DNA of 64,000 bases from Camelus dromedarius (taxonomy: Eukaryota): contig NC_087437.1 in assembly GCF_036321535.1 (NCBI RefSeq), positions 42,658,001 through 42,722,000 of the forward strand. The letters run 5' to 3'. Position numbers and translations under genes: made by a program. Each line of letters starts with the position of its first letter. Position 1 is the stretch's first letter. The notes under the pieces were generated by a model, which saw nothing but the letters and a program-made list of their open reading frames with translations, was not told the origin of the DNA and searched no databases. Positions 1-13,068 of the stretch are shown piece by piece.

Positions 1-225
1 CACTGCATACAATCAGGGGGTACAATGTTGATGTTTCATTACTGATGATGTTAACCTTGATCATTTGATTAAGGTGATATTAGCTGGTTTTCTTCACCAG
101 AAAGTTACTAGGTTTCCCTTTTCAATTGATAAATATTTGGGGGAGATATTTTGAGACTATGCTAATATTATATTTCTCCTCAAATGTTTGCCTACTAACT
201 TTAACACCCATTAGAGGATCTTTTA
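1..225 (-). mobile_element. Old L1 (L1MC/L1MD-type) 3' UTR fragment
   Basis: gatgttaaccttgatcatttgattaaggtg...aaagttact...tttgggggagatattttgagactatgctaatat resembles recalled L1MC-type 3' UTR in reverse orientation. Confidence 0.65.
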
Positions 226-259
226 AAAAGCTATGTAAATTTTTAAAATTTTTTAAATT

Positions 260-3200
260 AATAAACTTTATTTTTTTAAGCAGCTTTAGGTTCACAGCAA
301 AACCTAAAAGTAGAAAGTAGAAAAGTAGAAAATAGGGAGATTTCCCATATATTTCCTGTCTCTACAGACTCAGACCTACCCCAGCTATCTATATCCCACA
401 CCACATGGTACATTGTTATAATCAGTGAACCTACATTGGCATATTGTTTTCATTCAAAGTCCATAGCTTATATTAGGGTTCACTCTTGGTGTTGAATGTC
501 TTATGGGTTTTGACAAATGTTTAATGACATATATCCACCGTTGTAGTAATAGAGTTTCTACATTATCTTATAGGAGTTTTATAGTTTTGTGTCTTGCATT
601 TAGGTCTGTGATCCACTTTGAGTTAATTTTTTGTGAAAATGTAAGGCCTGTGTCTAGAGTGAGTGAGTGAGTGTGTGTGTGTGTGTGTGTGTGTCCAGCT
701 ATTTCAGCACCGTTTGTTGAAAAGACAATCTTTGCTCTGTTGTATTGCCTTTGTTCTTTTGTCAAAGGTCAGTTGACTATATTTATGTGGGTCTATTTTG
801 GTTCTCTGCTCTATTCCATTGATCTGTTTGTTTATTTTTTTCCCAATACCATACTGTCTTGATTACTGTAGCTTTATAGTAAATCTTGAAGTTGGGTAGT
901 GTTAGTTTTCCAACTTTGCTCTTCTCTTTTAAGATTGAGTTAACTGTTCTCTATCTTTTGTCTCTCTATATCAACTTTAGAATTGAGTTGTTGATATCCA
1001 CAAAATAGCTTGATGGGATTTTGATTGGAATGAATCTATAGATCAAGGAGGGAAGAACTGACATCTTGACAACATTGTGTCTTTCTATCCTTGAACATAG
1101 ACTATCTCTCTACTTATTTAGTACTTCTTTGATATATTTAATCTGAGCTTTGTAGTTTTCATCATATATTTTGTTAGTTTTATACCTAAGTATTTCATTT
1201 GTTTGGATGCTAATGTACATGGTAATATGTTTTAAATTTCAAATTCCACTTATTTATTTCTGGTATATAGGAAGCAACTGACTTTTGCATATTCGGCTTG
1301 CACCTTGCACCCTTGTTATAATTGCTTATTAGTTGCAGGATTTTTTTTTAAATCAGTTCTTTCAGATTTTTTACGTAGGTTATCTGAGAATAAAGGCAAT
1401 TTTGTTTCTTCCTTCCCGAACTGTATACTTTTCCCTTGGCTTATTGCCTTAGCTAGAACTTCTAGTATAGTGTTGAACAGGAGTTGTGAAAGTGGACGTC
1501 TTTACCTTATACCTGATATTAGTGGGAAAGCTTCCATTTTCTCATCAAGTATAATATCTATAGGTTTTTATTGTAGGTATTTATCAAATTGAGGAAGTTT
1601 CTCTTTGTTATTAGCTTTCTGGGCATTTTTATCATAAGTGAATATTGGATTTTGTCACATGATTTTTCAGCATCTATTGATATAATCATATGCTTTTTCA
1701 GAGTATTGATGTGATGGGTTACATTAATTGATTTTCAGATACTGAACAAACATTGCATATTTAGGGTAAATCCCGCTTGATCATGGTATATAATCTCTTA
1801 ATATATTGCTAGATTCAATTTGCTAATATTCTGTTTAGGACTTTGCATCTATGTTTGTGAGAAATATTGGTCTGTAGTTTTCTTTTCTTGAAATGTCTTT
1901 GTCTTATTTTGGCATTAGGATAATGCTAGCTTCATAGAATGAGTTAGAAAATATTTTCCCTGGTCTTATATTCTGGAAGAGATTGTACAGAAATGGTATA
2001 TTTTTTTTCCTTAAATGTTTTGCAGAATCCACCAGTGAACCTACTTGGCCTAGTCCTTTTCTTTTTTTTTTTTGAAACAAAATGTCTATTCAATTTCTTT
2101 AGTAGATATAGGCCTATTTAGATTGTTTCTTTGTGATTTTTGCAAATTATATCTTTGAAAGAATTGTTCATTTAATCTAAGTTATCAAATTTGTGAGCAT
2201 AGAGTTGTTCATACTATTCCTTTAATGTTCTTTCAATGTCCATGGAATCTGTAGTGATGTTCCCTTTTTCATTTCTGATATAGTAATTTGTGTCCTATTA
2301 CTGATATTTAGCTAGTGGCTTAGTGATTTTATTGATCTTTTCAATGAACCAGTTTTGGTTTTGTTGTTTTTTTCCTAATGATTTTCTGTTTTCAGTTTCA
2401 TTGTTTTTGGCATTTTCTTCTGCTTATTTGGATTTAATTTGCTCTAATTTTTCTAATTTCCTAAGGTGGAACCTTAGATTATTGATTCGGGTCTTTCTTC
2501 TTTTCTAAAATATGTATTCAAGACTAAAATTTTTGCCCTAAGCACTGCTTTTACTGCATCGTACAAATTCTGATAAATTGTATTTTTATTTTTTTAGTTG
2601 AAAATATTTTTAAATTTCTCTTAAGATTTCTTATTTGAGTCATGTGTTATTTAGAAGTGTGTTTAATCTCCAAGTATTTGGGGGATTTTCCAGCTATCTG
2701 TCATTCTTTTCTATTTGAATTCCACTGTAGTCTGAGAGCAGATACTGTATGATTTCTGTTCTTTCAAATTTGTTAAGGTATATTTTATGGCCTAGAAGTG
2801 GTCTATTTTGGTGAATATTCCCTGTGAGAATGAGGATATAATATGCTGTTGTTGGGTGAAATAGTCCAGAGATACCAATTTTATCCAGTTGTTGAGTTCA
2901 ACTGTGTCTTTACTGATTTTCTACCTGTTTGGCCTTTTTATTTCTGATAAAGGATATTAAAATCTCCAATTATAATGGTGGGTTCATATATTTCTCCTTA
3001 AGTCTCTATAATTTTTGTCCTATATTTTGTGATTCGCTATTGTTAGGCACATATGTGTTAAGAATTGTCATATATTCCTGATTTATTGATCCATTTACCA
3101 TTATGTAATGCTCCTCTTTATCCCTGAAAACTTTCCTTGGTCTGAAGTCTGCTCTAAAATTAATATAGATACTCCTACTTTCTTTTGATTGATATTAGCA

Positions 3201-5475
3201 TGATATATCTCTATCCACTTATTTTTAATCTATATGTGCCTTTATATTTAAATTGAGTTTCCTGTAGGCAGACTATAGTTAGGCATTATTTTTGACCATT
3301 AACATGTAAAATGATTATTGATAAAGTCAGATTAATAACTACCATATTTGTAACTGTTTTCTATTGTCATTATTCCTATTTTTGTCTTCCACACTTTTTC
3401 TGCCTTTTGTGTTTTTGTTTAGGCATTTTATGACTCAATTTTTTCTCCACTTTAGCATATTAGTTGTACTTCTTTTTTTTAAACTTTTTTCAGCTATTGT
3501 CCTAGAGTTTCCGATATACATTTACTGCTAATCCAAGTACACTTTGAAATGACACTATACCATTCCACAGATAGGGCAAGTACCTTAAAATAACAAAAAT
3601 TCCTAATTTTCTCTCTCATCCCTTGTAATCAGTTATTGCTGTCATTCATTTCACTAATCCGTAAGCATACATAAGTGCCTATATACATATACATAAGCAT
3701 ATACATAAGCATCCATAAACGAATATATTGTTGCTATTATTATTTTGTACAAACTTATCAGTTAGGTCTATTGAGAATGAAAAAAAACCAAATGTTTTTA
3801 TTTTACCTTCACTTATTCATTCTCTCATGCTATCCTTTTATTTATGTAGATCTCAGTTTCTAACCTATATAATTTTTCTTCTCTTTGAAGAACTTTTTAA
3901 AAGCATTTCTTGCAGGACAGATCTACTGGCAACAGATTTTTCTCAATTTTTGCTTGAGAAAGTCTTTATTTCTTCTTCACTTTTGAAGGATACTTTCACA
4001 AAGTACAGAATTCTAGGTTGGTGTTTTTTTTTCTCTCAACACTTTAAATGTTTCATCCACTCTCTTCTTGCTTGCATGATTTCTGAAGAATAGTCAGGTG
4101 TAATTCTTATCTTTGCTTCTCTGTATGTAAATGTTTTTTTCTTGTGTTTTTTTTCAGAATTTTTTCTTTATTTCTGGTTTTCTGTAATTTGAAAATATGC
4201 TAAAGTGTAGTTTTTTGGTATTTACTCTGCTTGATGTTCTCTAAATATCCTTGATCTGTGCTTTGGTGTCTGATGGTAATATCTGGGTTGTAGTAATAAG
4301 TTATTGCTTCAAATATTGCTTCTTTTCTTCTCCTTTTGGTATTCCCGTTACATGCATGCTATACCTTTTGTAGTTGTTCCACAGTTCTTGTATATTCTTT
4401 TCTTTTTTTTTCCAGTCTCTTTTCTCTTTGATTTTTAGTATACCATTTTGGAAATTCCTATTGTCATATCCTAAACTCAGAGATTTTTATTCGGCTTTAT
4501 TCAGCCATAACCATTCTAGTTAATGAGCCCATCAAAGACATTCTTCATTTCTGTTACAGTGTTTTTAATCTCTAGCATTTCTGTTTCTTTCTTGGAATTT
4601 TCATCTATCTCCTCACATTATCCATCTGTTCTTGTATGTTGTTTATTTTTCTGTTAAAGCCCTTAGCATATTAGCTGTGTATTATTAATTATGTATTTTT
4701 CAAAGTTCCTGTTCTGATCATTGCAGCATTCCTGCCACATATGATTCTGGTTCTGATGCTTGCTAATTTTCTTTAAACTGTGTCTTTTTGCTTTTTAGTA
4801 TGACTTATAGGTTTTTATTACAAGGGGAACATGATGTATTGCATAGAAGGTACTGTTGCAAATAGGCTTTTGATAATGTAGTGGTAAGATATTGGGGGAG
4901 AGGAAGCATTCTGAAGTCCTATGTTTAAGTCTCAGTCTGTGAGTTATATTAGATGAGCCTGCGCTCCTGGACTGTGGATTTCACCAGTGCTCCCCAGTTT
5001 GTACCTCCTCCCCAACCATTTAGGTTTGACAAAATGGATAGAAAAGACTGAAGTTAAATATTTCTCTTCCTCTACGTATATTAAGCTCTGGTAAAATACA
5101 TTCTCTTGTAGGCAAACTTTGCTAAGAAGAACAGAATGCTCTGGCATATTTCGAAATGATTCCTTTCCCCCTCCTCCTGTTGGAACCATGGGGAGATTTT
5201 TCTTTCATATTCACTGTGAGGACTTGGTAGAGCTCCTTGTGGTAAAACTCATAAAAGTGTAGGCTCCGACCTGTGATTGGGCCCTCCTAGAATTTTTAAC
5301 TTTTAGAATTTCCCACATTGAGCATCCAGAAATTTGTCAGTTACACTTCAGGTTTTCCTACCCTAGCACTGGTTCCCATAGAGGTTTCTGCTCAGAGATT
5401 TCTCCTCCAGTAACTTGTGATTCTCTTTATCTGTCTGTCTTTCCTATTTGGGGACAGCTAGTTTTGCTCTGTGGT
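260..5475 (-). mobile_element. Long degraded LINE-1 (L1MC1/2-like 3' end, ORF2 remnants, 5' region)
   Basis: 3' tip (actttattttttt...ttaggttcacagcaaaa...gaacctacattg...ttagggttcactcttggtgttg), then reverse-strand ORF2 remnants. ORF 568..765 contains QKINSKWITDLN and IKLL, typical of the L1 ORF2 C-terminal region. No intact ORF. Confidence 0.88.
657..694. repeat. (GAGT)n/(GT)n microsatellite inside L1
   Basis: gagtgagtgagtgagtgtgtgtgtgtgtgtgtgtgtgt seen directly. Confidence 0.95.
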
Positions 5476-5649
5476 CTAGTAACCACATAAGAGGAAATGT
5501 GCATAGGGAAAAGGAGACAAAGCCTGAGGTCTGAGCATAGTGCAGATTGAATAGAAGACCCACCTACATAGTGGTTTCTTTAAGAATTAACATGTTCAAT
5601 GAAAGAACTAGGAGAAACTCTTATAGAGCTAAATGGTAGAATTACATGC

Positions 5650-6595
5650 CCATCTGCATTTTGAATCCTAGTGGAGTACAACAAAAAGTAAAAAAGTCTT
5701 TCTTGGGAATTCCTAATCAGAACCTGTATTATCTTGGTTTGGAATTCAAATTCACTCTTTCTACAATTTATGTAGAAGAGTAAAAGTCCAAAAATAGACA
5801 AGAGATCTTTGAAAAAGAATCAGTTGGAGAGGTTTGCTTTGCTAGATATCAAGATATATTATAAAACTATCCTGCTTATGGTAGTGTGGTTTTGGCAGTG
5901 CAACACACTAATAGATAAATGAATAGAACACAGGCCAGAAATCAGCATATTCATATTCATATATGTAAAACTGATCTAGATAAAATCAACATTGAAGACC
6001 AATAACAAAAGGATTTGATAAGATGATATCAAGATAATTGGATATCCATTGAGGGGAAAACATGATAATAAATTCCTACCTCACACCATATATAAAAATC
6101 AATTATCATTGGGTCAAAACTTTAAAGGCAAAGGGAACACTTTAAACTTTTGGAAAACAATATAGAAGGCTATCTTATTGAGCTTGAAATAGATGAGTAT
6201 TTCTTAAAAGTCAAATAGTGCAAATCTTAAGGAATTTGACTACTCCTGACTACTAAGTTTTTAGGCTTATTTTTTAGTAAGAAGGTATAATGAAGAGTAT
6301 GATTATATAAGCCATAAGTTGAAAGAAATTACTTGCAACACATATAACTAAAAATTATTAGTACCTAGAAGTATAAAGAGTCCTGAAATTCAATGATTAA
6401 AAGATAAACACAATAAAAAATGAATCAAAGTAAATACACAAATGAACATATTGCTGAAGAAGAAACATGACTGGCCAATAAATATTAAAAATGCACAGGC
6501 TTATTAGCAATAAAAAAAGTGAACCACAACAAGGCAATACCATTTCAAACTCATCCAAATAGCAAATATGAAAAAGTCTGACAATACCAAGTGCA
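5650..6595 (+). mobile_element. Old L1 (L1ME-like) ORF2 3' fragment
   Basis: ctagatatcaagatatattataaaact...gtagtgtggttttggc...cctacctcacaccatatataaaaatcaatt...aaagtctgacaataccaagtg are L1 ORF2 3' motifs in sense orientation. Confidence 0.8.
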
Positions 6596-6649
6596 CTTTC
6601 CTGTGTGTGTGTGTGCATGCGCAGGAGTCTGTATCTTGATAAAATGAAG

Positions 6650-6820
6650 CTCAAAATCCAGCTTTGCTACTTATCAGTGATGTGGTCTTTGACAAGTCAT
6701 TCAAACCCTAGCTTCAGTTTCCTCACCTACAAAATGCAGAATATAATTTCTTTGCGGAGTTGTGAGGAACAATGATAATGCGAGACAAACATCTGACATA
6801 TAGTTTGGCAGAGAGCAGGG
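6650..6820 (+). mobile_element. MIR SINE
   Basis: MIR core: aaatccagctttgctacttatcagtgatgtggtctttgacaagtca...ttcagtttcctcacctacaaaatg...gttgtgagga. Confidence 0.8.
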
Positions 6821-7009
6821 GGGGCAGTCATAGATGATGGCTGCTAAAATTGAGATAAATTGGGGTGCTTGTCCAGAAGTATAATGTTTATGCCAAAGTT
6901 TCACTCAACAGAATTAAGTCAGAGTGAATGTAGTAGGACTTTAAACACCTTTCTTCAAAAATGCTCTTGTTGTTCATTCTCGTAACAACGACGACAGTAG
7001 CATCAGCAG

Positions 7010-7245
7010 TAGTAATGATGAATCACTGAAGGCGTAACTCTGTGCGAGGCACTGAGTTTAGTGTTTTATATTCATTATTTTATTTACTCCTTATGCCTAC
7101 TTTGTAAAGTAGTATTATTATCTTCATTTTATGGTTGAGGAAATTGAAACTCAAAGAGCTTACTTAATTAACTTGCCCACGGTCACACATAGGCAGTTAT
7201 TTGTAGTCTTGGGAGTAGAACACAACTCTCCCTGGCTTGACTATA
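7010..7245 (-). mobile_element. MIR SINE
   Basis: Reverse MIR core: tattattatcttcattttatggttgaggaaattgaaactcaaagag...aacttgcccacggtcacac. Confidence 0.8.
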
Positions 7246-7959
7246 ATTCTCTAGTGTAGCTGATTCCTCTTTAGCAGACAGATACAAAATCAGAACTTTT
7301 GACTTATGAGCAATTTTCATAATTAGTGGCATCGAGATTAATTTATGTGAATAATAGTGTGATGAACCAATGCCAGTATTAAAAAAAAAAGGTTTATGAA
7401 TTTCAGTTGGAGTTTCTGGTAGTGTCAGTATTTTCAGCCTAAATCTTTTGTGGAGGTATTGCTATTTTTGACAGAATTGAGGAAAGGGGAAAAAAAAAAA
7501 GGAGAATTAGAGTAAAAATGAGGTGACCTGAACACTTTTCTTTTTCTATGTGATTTAAAGCTCCATCTACCAACCCCAGAGACCTCCACAGTCTGACTCC
7601 CTTCAGGAATAATTAGAATATCACTCAGACTGAAACAGGATGCTAAAATTCATAATATATTCATACACAAAATTTATTTTAAAAGCTAGAATCTTGCCCG
7701 TTTTAACTCCTTAAAGCAGCCAAACCCTTGTCCTTTAACCCCTATGTTAACAGGGGGCTTTCCAAAAACACAGATGTGCAGACTCTTGGAGTGAGACAGA
7801 ATCTAATAGTCTTGGGGTGTAGTTTTGTTTCTTGTTGTGCAGAATTTCAGCTAAAGGATTGCTCAAAATATTGTGGTTTCAATGTTGAGAAACTTATTGT
7901 CTCTTGAGGTAGCTTCATCTATCTTCAGAGAGCTCTGATTGCTAACAACAACTGAAACA

Positions 7960-8110
7960 ATGATAATAGCTCATTTTTTATTGAGCGTTTATGATGTGGC
8001 AAGTACTGTGCCAAGTGCACAACGTGAATTGTCTCATTTATCCTCATAATAACCTCTGTGACACAGGTGCTATTATTATCTCCAATTTACAGATTAAAAA
8101 CACAGAGGTT
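7960..8110 (-). mobile_element. MIR SINE fragment
   Basis: ataatagctca...ttattgagcgtttatgatgtggcaagtactgtgccaagtgc...tctcatttatcctcataataacctctgtga...attatctccaatttacagat. Confidence 0.8.
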
Positions 8111-8624
8111 TTGATCCATTTATTATAATTTTAACATCTACAGACTCAACTCTAATTTACTTGGCAACACTTTGATATTAGAGAACAGCTCAGAACTCTG
8201 AGTTAAACATCAGCTTTTTTGCATTAAACTTTTAATGTTTAATTGCTTTTCTACATTCCATTTTTGTAGAAAATGTGAAATCAGGTAGACATCTGATTGA
8301 AGGGAAGAAGGAGGGAAGAAATCTTATTTCTTCACATTTAAAATGTGACACCCCGGAGCCTTATTACCGTCTCTCTTGTGTTGTCTTCATTGCTCCACCC
8401 ACTTTTTTAAAGATGCAAGGTTAGATCTATAGCAATGAAAAACATTTTCCTCTGTAACCCACTACACTATTTGCAGAAAGTACACATAGTCCTAGAAGGT
8501 ACATGTAGTCCCAGAACTGTATGCATTTCTAAATTAGTTTAGAAGTGCTTAGAGGTAATACAAATGCATAGTATATCATTCAAAAGAGAAAAGGGACAAA
8601 AATAATTACCAAGATAAACATCAG

Positions 8625-8769
8625 AGGGGGGAGGGTATAGCTCAGCGGTAGGCTGCATGCCTACTATGCATGAGGTCCTCAGTTCAATCCCCAGTACTTC
8701 AATTGAAAATAAATAAGTAAATAAACCAAATTACCCCCCCAAAAACCCCAAAACAATAAAAAAAAAAAA
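8625..8769 (+). mobile_element. Camelid Vic-1-type tRNA-derived SINE with perfect 14-bp TSD
   Basis: Head ggggagggtatagctcagcggtagg with A-box TAGCTCAGCGG and B-box GTTCAATCC, then an aataaaccaaattacccccc tail and poly(A). TSD aagataaacatcag at 8611-8624 and 8770-8783. Confidence 0.9.
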
Positions 8770-11519
8770 AAGATAAACATCAGCAAGAGAGAGGAATTCA
8801 CAAAGTCAATCAATGTTTGTTTTCCCCTAATGGATTTCTGGATGCTGTTTTTAACAGCCTGAGTTAAATTTTTTTTCCTCTATTTATGTAAGATTATGTA
8901 TCCTTAGTGTGATTTACTTATAATTTGGATCATGTTCAAAACTTTTCTTAAGGCAACAGAATTACATTTTAGCCACCTGATGTTATTATAGCCTTATACA
9001 ATTGGTGTTTTTATGATAAAATTAGACATTTATAAATCTGCAATTTTAAATCTTTAAGACGTAAGAGATGGCTAGAAACTTGAAGCTGTGTATATTTGAA
9101 CCTTCACTTTCTCCCTTAAAATCACGAACACTACACCTTACATACGTAAAAGTTGGGTGTGTTGTATAGTCTTATAGTTAGATATTTAACCTAAGCCATG
9201 TGAAATGACTAAAAATCTCTTTATTGATATGAGTTTTAGAAATCATACATTAAGAAGCAATATTTTTACAGCGCTTAGGATTCATGCAGCTGTGTCATAG
9301 GTAGGGAAAAGGAAAGTCACTTAATGGAGGAATGATCATGCCCGCCTTCCAACATATCACTGTATGTTATGTATGACTGGCTAAGCCCGACCACACTAAA
9401 GCTATTCTCGCAACGGTGGACTGCCTCCAATAAACAGAAAGAAAGCCCATCAGGCAGATGGCCAATTTAAGAATAAAAATGAGCCTACACTCGTCATTTA
9501 ATCTATTTGTAGGCATAAATGAGAACTTATTTTAACAAAAAAACCTTGTGGTGTATTTTTAGCATCTTGCATGGTGAATGAATGGATTTTCTGCTTCCAC
9601 TTGAATCAGAACTGTTAAAATAAGCTCCCAACACTACTATCATCTCTTCAGAATCACTTGTCTTGAGTCTACCTGTCAGTATATTCTCCTCCCTTGCAAG
9701 ATACATAATAATCTCATTTAAAATCATTGAGTTCCATGGCACCAAAAAAGCTGACACAGTTTCTCCCTGCTTGCTGTTGTACTACTACTCCTGAGTGATT
9801 GCTTATCTGCGTCAACACCACTGTTTTATGTTTCCAGATTTCTGAACAAACACTTCAATTTATTTTTGGATCACTCTTTTCTTTTGACAGATTGTGATTT
9901 ATGTATGCATTATTTCCAATTTCCAGTGGGAACAACTTTCATAAGAAAACAACAACAACAGAGCCAAATCCCCAAGTCCCCTGGGTCTCAAGAAACCCAC
10001 CTACTTCCGTCTCTACTAACCTCTACTATCTTGCTTGTCAGTGAGGGTAGCTATGAATTAATGCATCTTAAAATACCACGGTTTGATTTGACTTAACAGA
10101 AACACACTGCCTGGCAAAGAACCCTGGAACATCTTGATACTCACAGAGAGCCCAGACCTGAAGTTTTATACTAATTCTCATTCAGTACTCTAATGTGGCA
10201 CTCCTTAGGCATAGCTGACCATTCATTTCTAAAATAATCATTATTAAGGAATTTATTGTTTGAGGTTTTCATTGTACACTTATCCAGAGAGCAGATTCTC
10301 AGAAAATTCAAGTATTTTAATTTGTCTCAGAGTATCAAAAATAAGATAAAACAGAAACAAATGTAATCACTGATCAGTTAAAATAATGGCAATCCCCAAG
10401 GAAAGCCAAAGTCTTAAAGAAGGAATAAGATGATTTTAGAAAGGCTTATTAATGACTAGAAGGAAGGGGATGTTCACAAGGAAGGGATTTTTTTTTTTCC
10501 CCAGAAAAGGTAAGAGTCAAAAAAAAAAAAAAAAAAAGAAAGAAAAGAGAAAAAGAAATCAGAATAAAAGGCAAATGTGGAGGAGGATGAGAATGGCAGG
10601 TAGCCAAAATGGTAAAATCGGAGTGAACTAAAAGCTGCTGTCAGGTTGAGAGTGAGAGAGGCAAAGCTGAGAATTAATTATGAGGGAGAAAACCCTTATT
10701 ATATCAACAAGCAGACTGATACAGCGTGGTAGCATCTTACCAACTTGTGTTTTTAATCCTGAAAGGTGAATGTAACATGAAATAGCTCTGAGAGCCAATG
10801 TGTCATTTAGTGCAGTACATTAAGAAGGGCAAAGATAAGAAAATTTTGGCCTACATATTGTATTATTTAATCTTTCTCACAATATTATATAACTTACATG
10901 ACATTAAATAATAATATTTCAAAATCAAAGAGCAAATCAGATTTGTTGTAGATAGTAAATTAACTAATGCTATTGAACTTTGTAAAATAACATCTTTTTC
11001 TAATAGTGGACTGCTCCTTTTAGACCAAAATCTTCCCCCAGCTGGCTTTGCACAAAATTTGATGTGGGAAAGAATCCTTCCGCTGGTTGGAGGAAGCTCA
11101 GCCCTGGCCTCTTGAGGGATTAAATTCCAGGTTCCATTTAGGGCTGGAGAGAAGACTGGATCCAGGCTTAAAAGCTGTGACCCACACACAGCCTTCTGTG
11201 GGCTTCAGATCAGCTTCTCAGATGATGAGTTTGTTGAATGACCAATTTGTTAGATTTATAGATATGTTTATCTCCTAAAACTTAGCTTATTGTTACTCTT
11301 TAGAAAATTTATAATAATTCTGCAGATGGATTTGAAGGTAGCCAGGACTCCAGAGTTCTGGGCCCTCAGTTTCTCTCTTTGCTTTAGTCTCACCTCTGTG
11401 GGATCCAAAGCCCAGACTGTACTGTATTGCCCACTGTCCTTTTCCCTATCTTGGCTTTCTAGTTTCAGAAGATAAAGTAGAATGCTATTCAAATTGCCTC
11501 CTTAAATACAAGTTGTTGT

Positions 11520-12005
11520 AACTGCTATAAACAGTTAAAAATACATTTTATCACATGGGCAAATTTGGTCACTCTCCAAAAATTGGGGAAAGAATTGTAA
11601 AAATGATGAAATGTTATAAACAAAAAAAGGACTTTTAAAATATCAGAAAGAAATTAATATGAACTGTTTAACTTTTAAATTTTGGTTATATGAATAAGGA
11701 AATAATCATAGGATGTACTATAGAAAGGTAGAGTAATAATCATATACATAAGAAGAATGTATTTATGAGAATAAATCATTCCATAACCTTAGCTTTTAAA
11801 AAATTGAAAAATTGCAAAACATTAAAAAATTTGCTGAATGTCTTTATGAGAAATATGTACATAAGAAAATGTATTTCTATTAATTAGCAAGATTATTTCT
11901 CAAAATAAGATTTTAGTAAACTTTAAATTTGGTGAATTCTGCAAATTGGTCACTTGGCAAATTGATTCTTCAATGAATTACATTTTCATGAATGGGACTA
12001 TTTCA
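11520..12005. mobile_element. Ancient interspersed repeat, possibly MamRep605-like
   Basis: Degenerate tandem units ttggtgaattc/gcaaattggtcacttggcaaattgattcttcaatgaatt near 11930-11990 resemble the end of a recalled ancient mammalian repeat. Assignment uncertain. Confidence 0.3.
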
Positions 12006-12187
12006 GCTTTCTTAAGATGAACTGTGTTTGAAAAACTTGAAATAATTAGCAACATTTAAAAGTCAGTAAATTTCTTGGAAAGCTCTAGATTATTACACTA
12101 TTTCTTGAAGATTGAATAATCTGCTACATTGAACCTATATTTCTATACAGGAACATTAGCTGGACTTGAATAAGGCTGCTCCCTTCA

Positions 12188-12308
12188 GCAGGGCCAGTGT
12201 GCTCATGACGGTCCTGGTTTATGCTTGTTTTCTTTGCATAATTCTTAATAGTGCCTACTTTCACTATTGCAGTATTTAATCCAAAAAATAAATTGTATGG
12301 CCACTCCA
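12188..12308. mobile_element. MER94/MER81-like hAT-Blackjack MITE
   Basis: gacggtcctggtttatgcttgttttctttgcataattcttaatagtgcctactttcact...aaataaattgtatggccactcca matches recalled consensus. Confidence 0.65.
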
Positions 12309-12868
12309 GTGAATGAATTCCAGTTCTCCCTAGTTTGTGCACGTTTTGTCTTTTAATTGGCCTCCTTCACACACTATCTGCATAGGCTTTGTAAGCATTT
12401 CAGTGTGTTATTTCTGCTCTAGAATCCCGCTGTCTAGCTCATGTATGTAGAAATACACAGCTAATTCTTCCTTAGTGACGGATTGGGGGTTGGAGGAAGG
12501 ATGACTAATACTCTACATGGAGGATTATAATTGCCAAGGAAACCAAGATGAAAAACACTTGTATATGAAAGAAATTGTGTCTGCTTCTGTTGGAAAGTCT
12601 ACAATGCTATAGCCAACAATTATCAGGAACTTTCTCAAGGAGCATTGTTGAGCTAGTCATCAAATATTATTAAACAGATATATTTATTGTACTGCAGGGA
12701 TATAAATGTCAAAGGAAATGGAGAGTCACTGCCAATATTACATGGTGAGTACTGACAAATTCCTAATTTTCAACTTCTCATTGTTTATTAATTTGTTTTA
12801 GGAACCATAAAGAATTATTATCACAAATTTAAGTCACACAGTTAGGTTAGATACAATTAAGTTATAGT

Positions 12869-13068
12869 CAATGATATGCTGGTATCTGACTCTCTCCTAA
12901 ACTCAGAAAGTATGGATTTGTAACATTTGCCAATTTCTGTAGTGTAAATTCTCCCAGCATTGCTAATTTCTCCTACAGTTAACAGCTGAAGTTAACATCT
13001 CCTGATATTCCTGAATATTTAACAGTTGACTTCCTAGAGTCTGTACAAGCTTACCCAGCACACCACTA
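12869..13068 (-). mobile_element. MER63A-like hAT DNA transposon
   Basis: Degenerate TIRs caatgatatgctgg ... ccagcacaccacta. Internal gatttgtaacatttgccaatttctgtagtgtaaattctcccagcat matches recalled MER63. Confidence 0.75.

Noticed and set aside
6650..7245. Inverted MIR pair as a dsRNA hairpin
   Set aside because: The copies are too diverged from each other by eye to form a long stable duplex.
8626..8700. tRNA gene (tRNA-Ala-like) here and at 18740-18815
   Set aside because: Both are followed by a shared AT-rich tail, poly(A) and TSDs, and the acceptor stems are imperfect. They are SINE heads, not tRNA genes.
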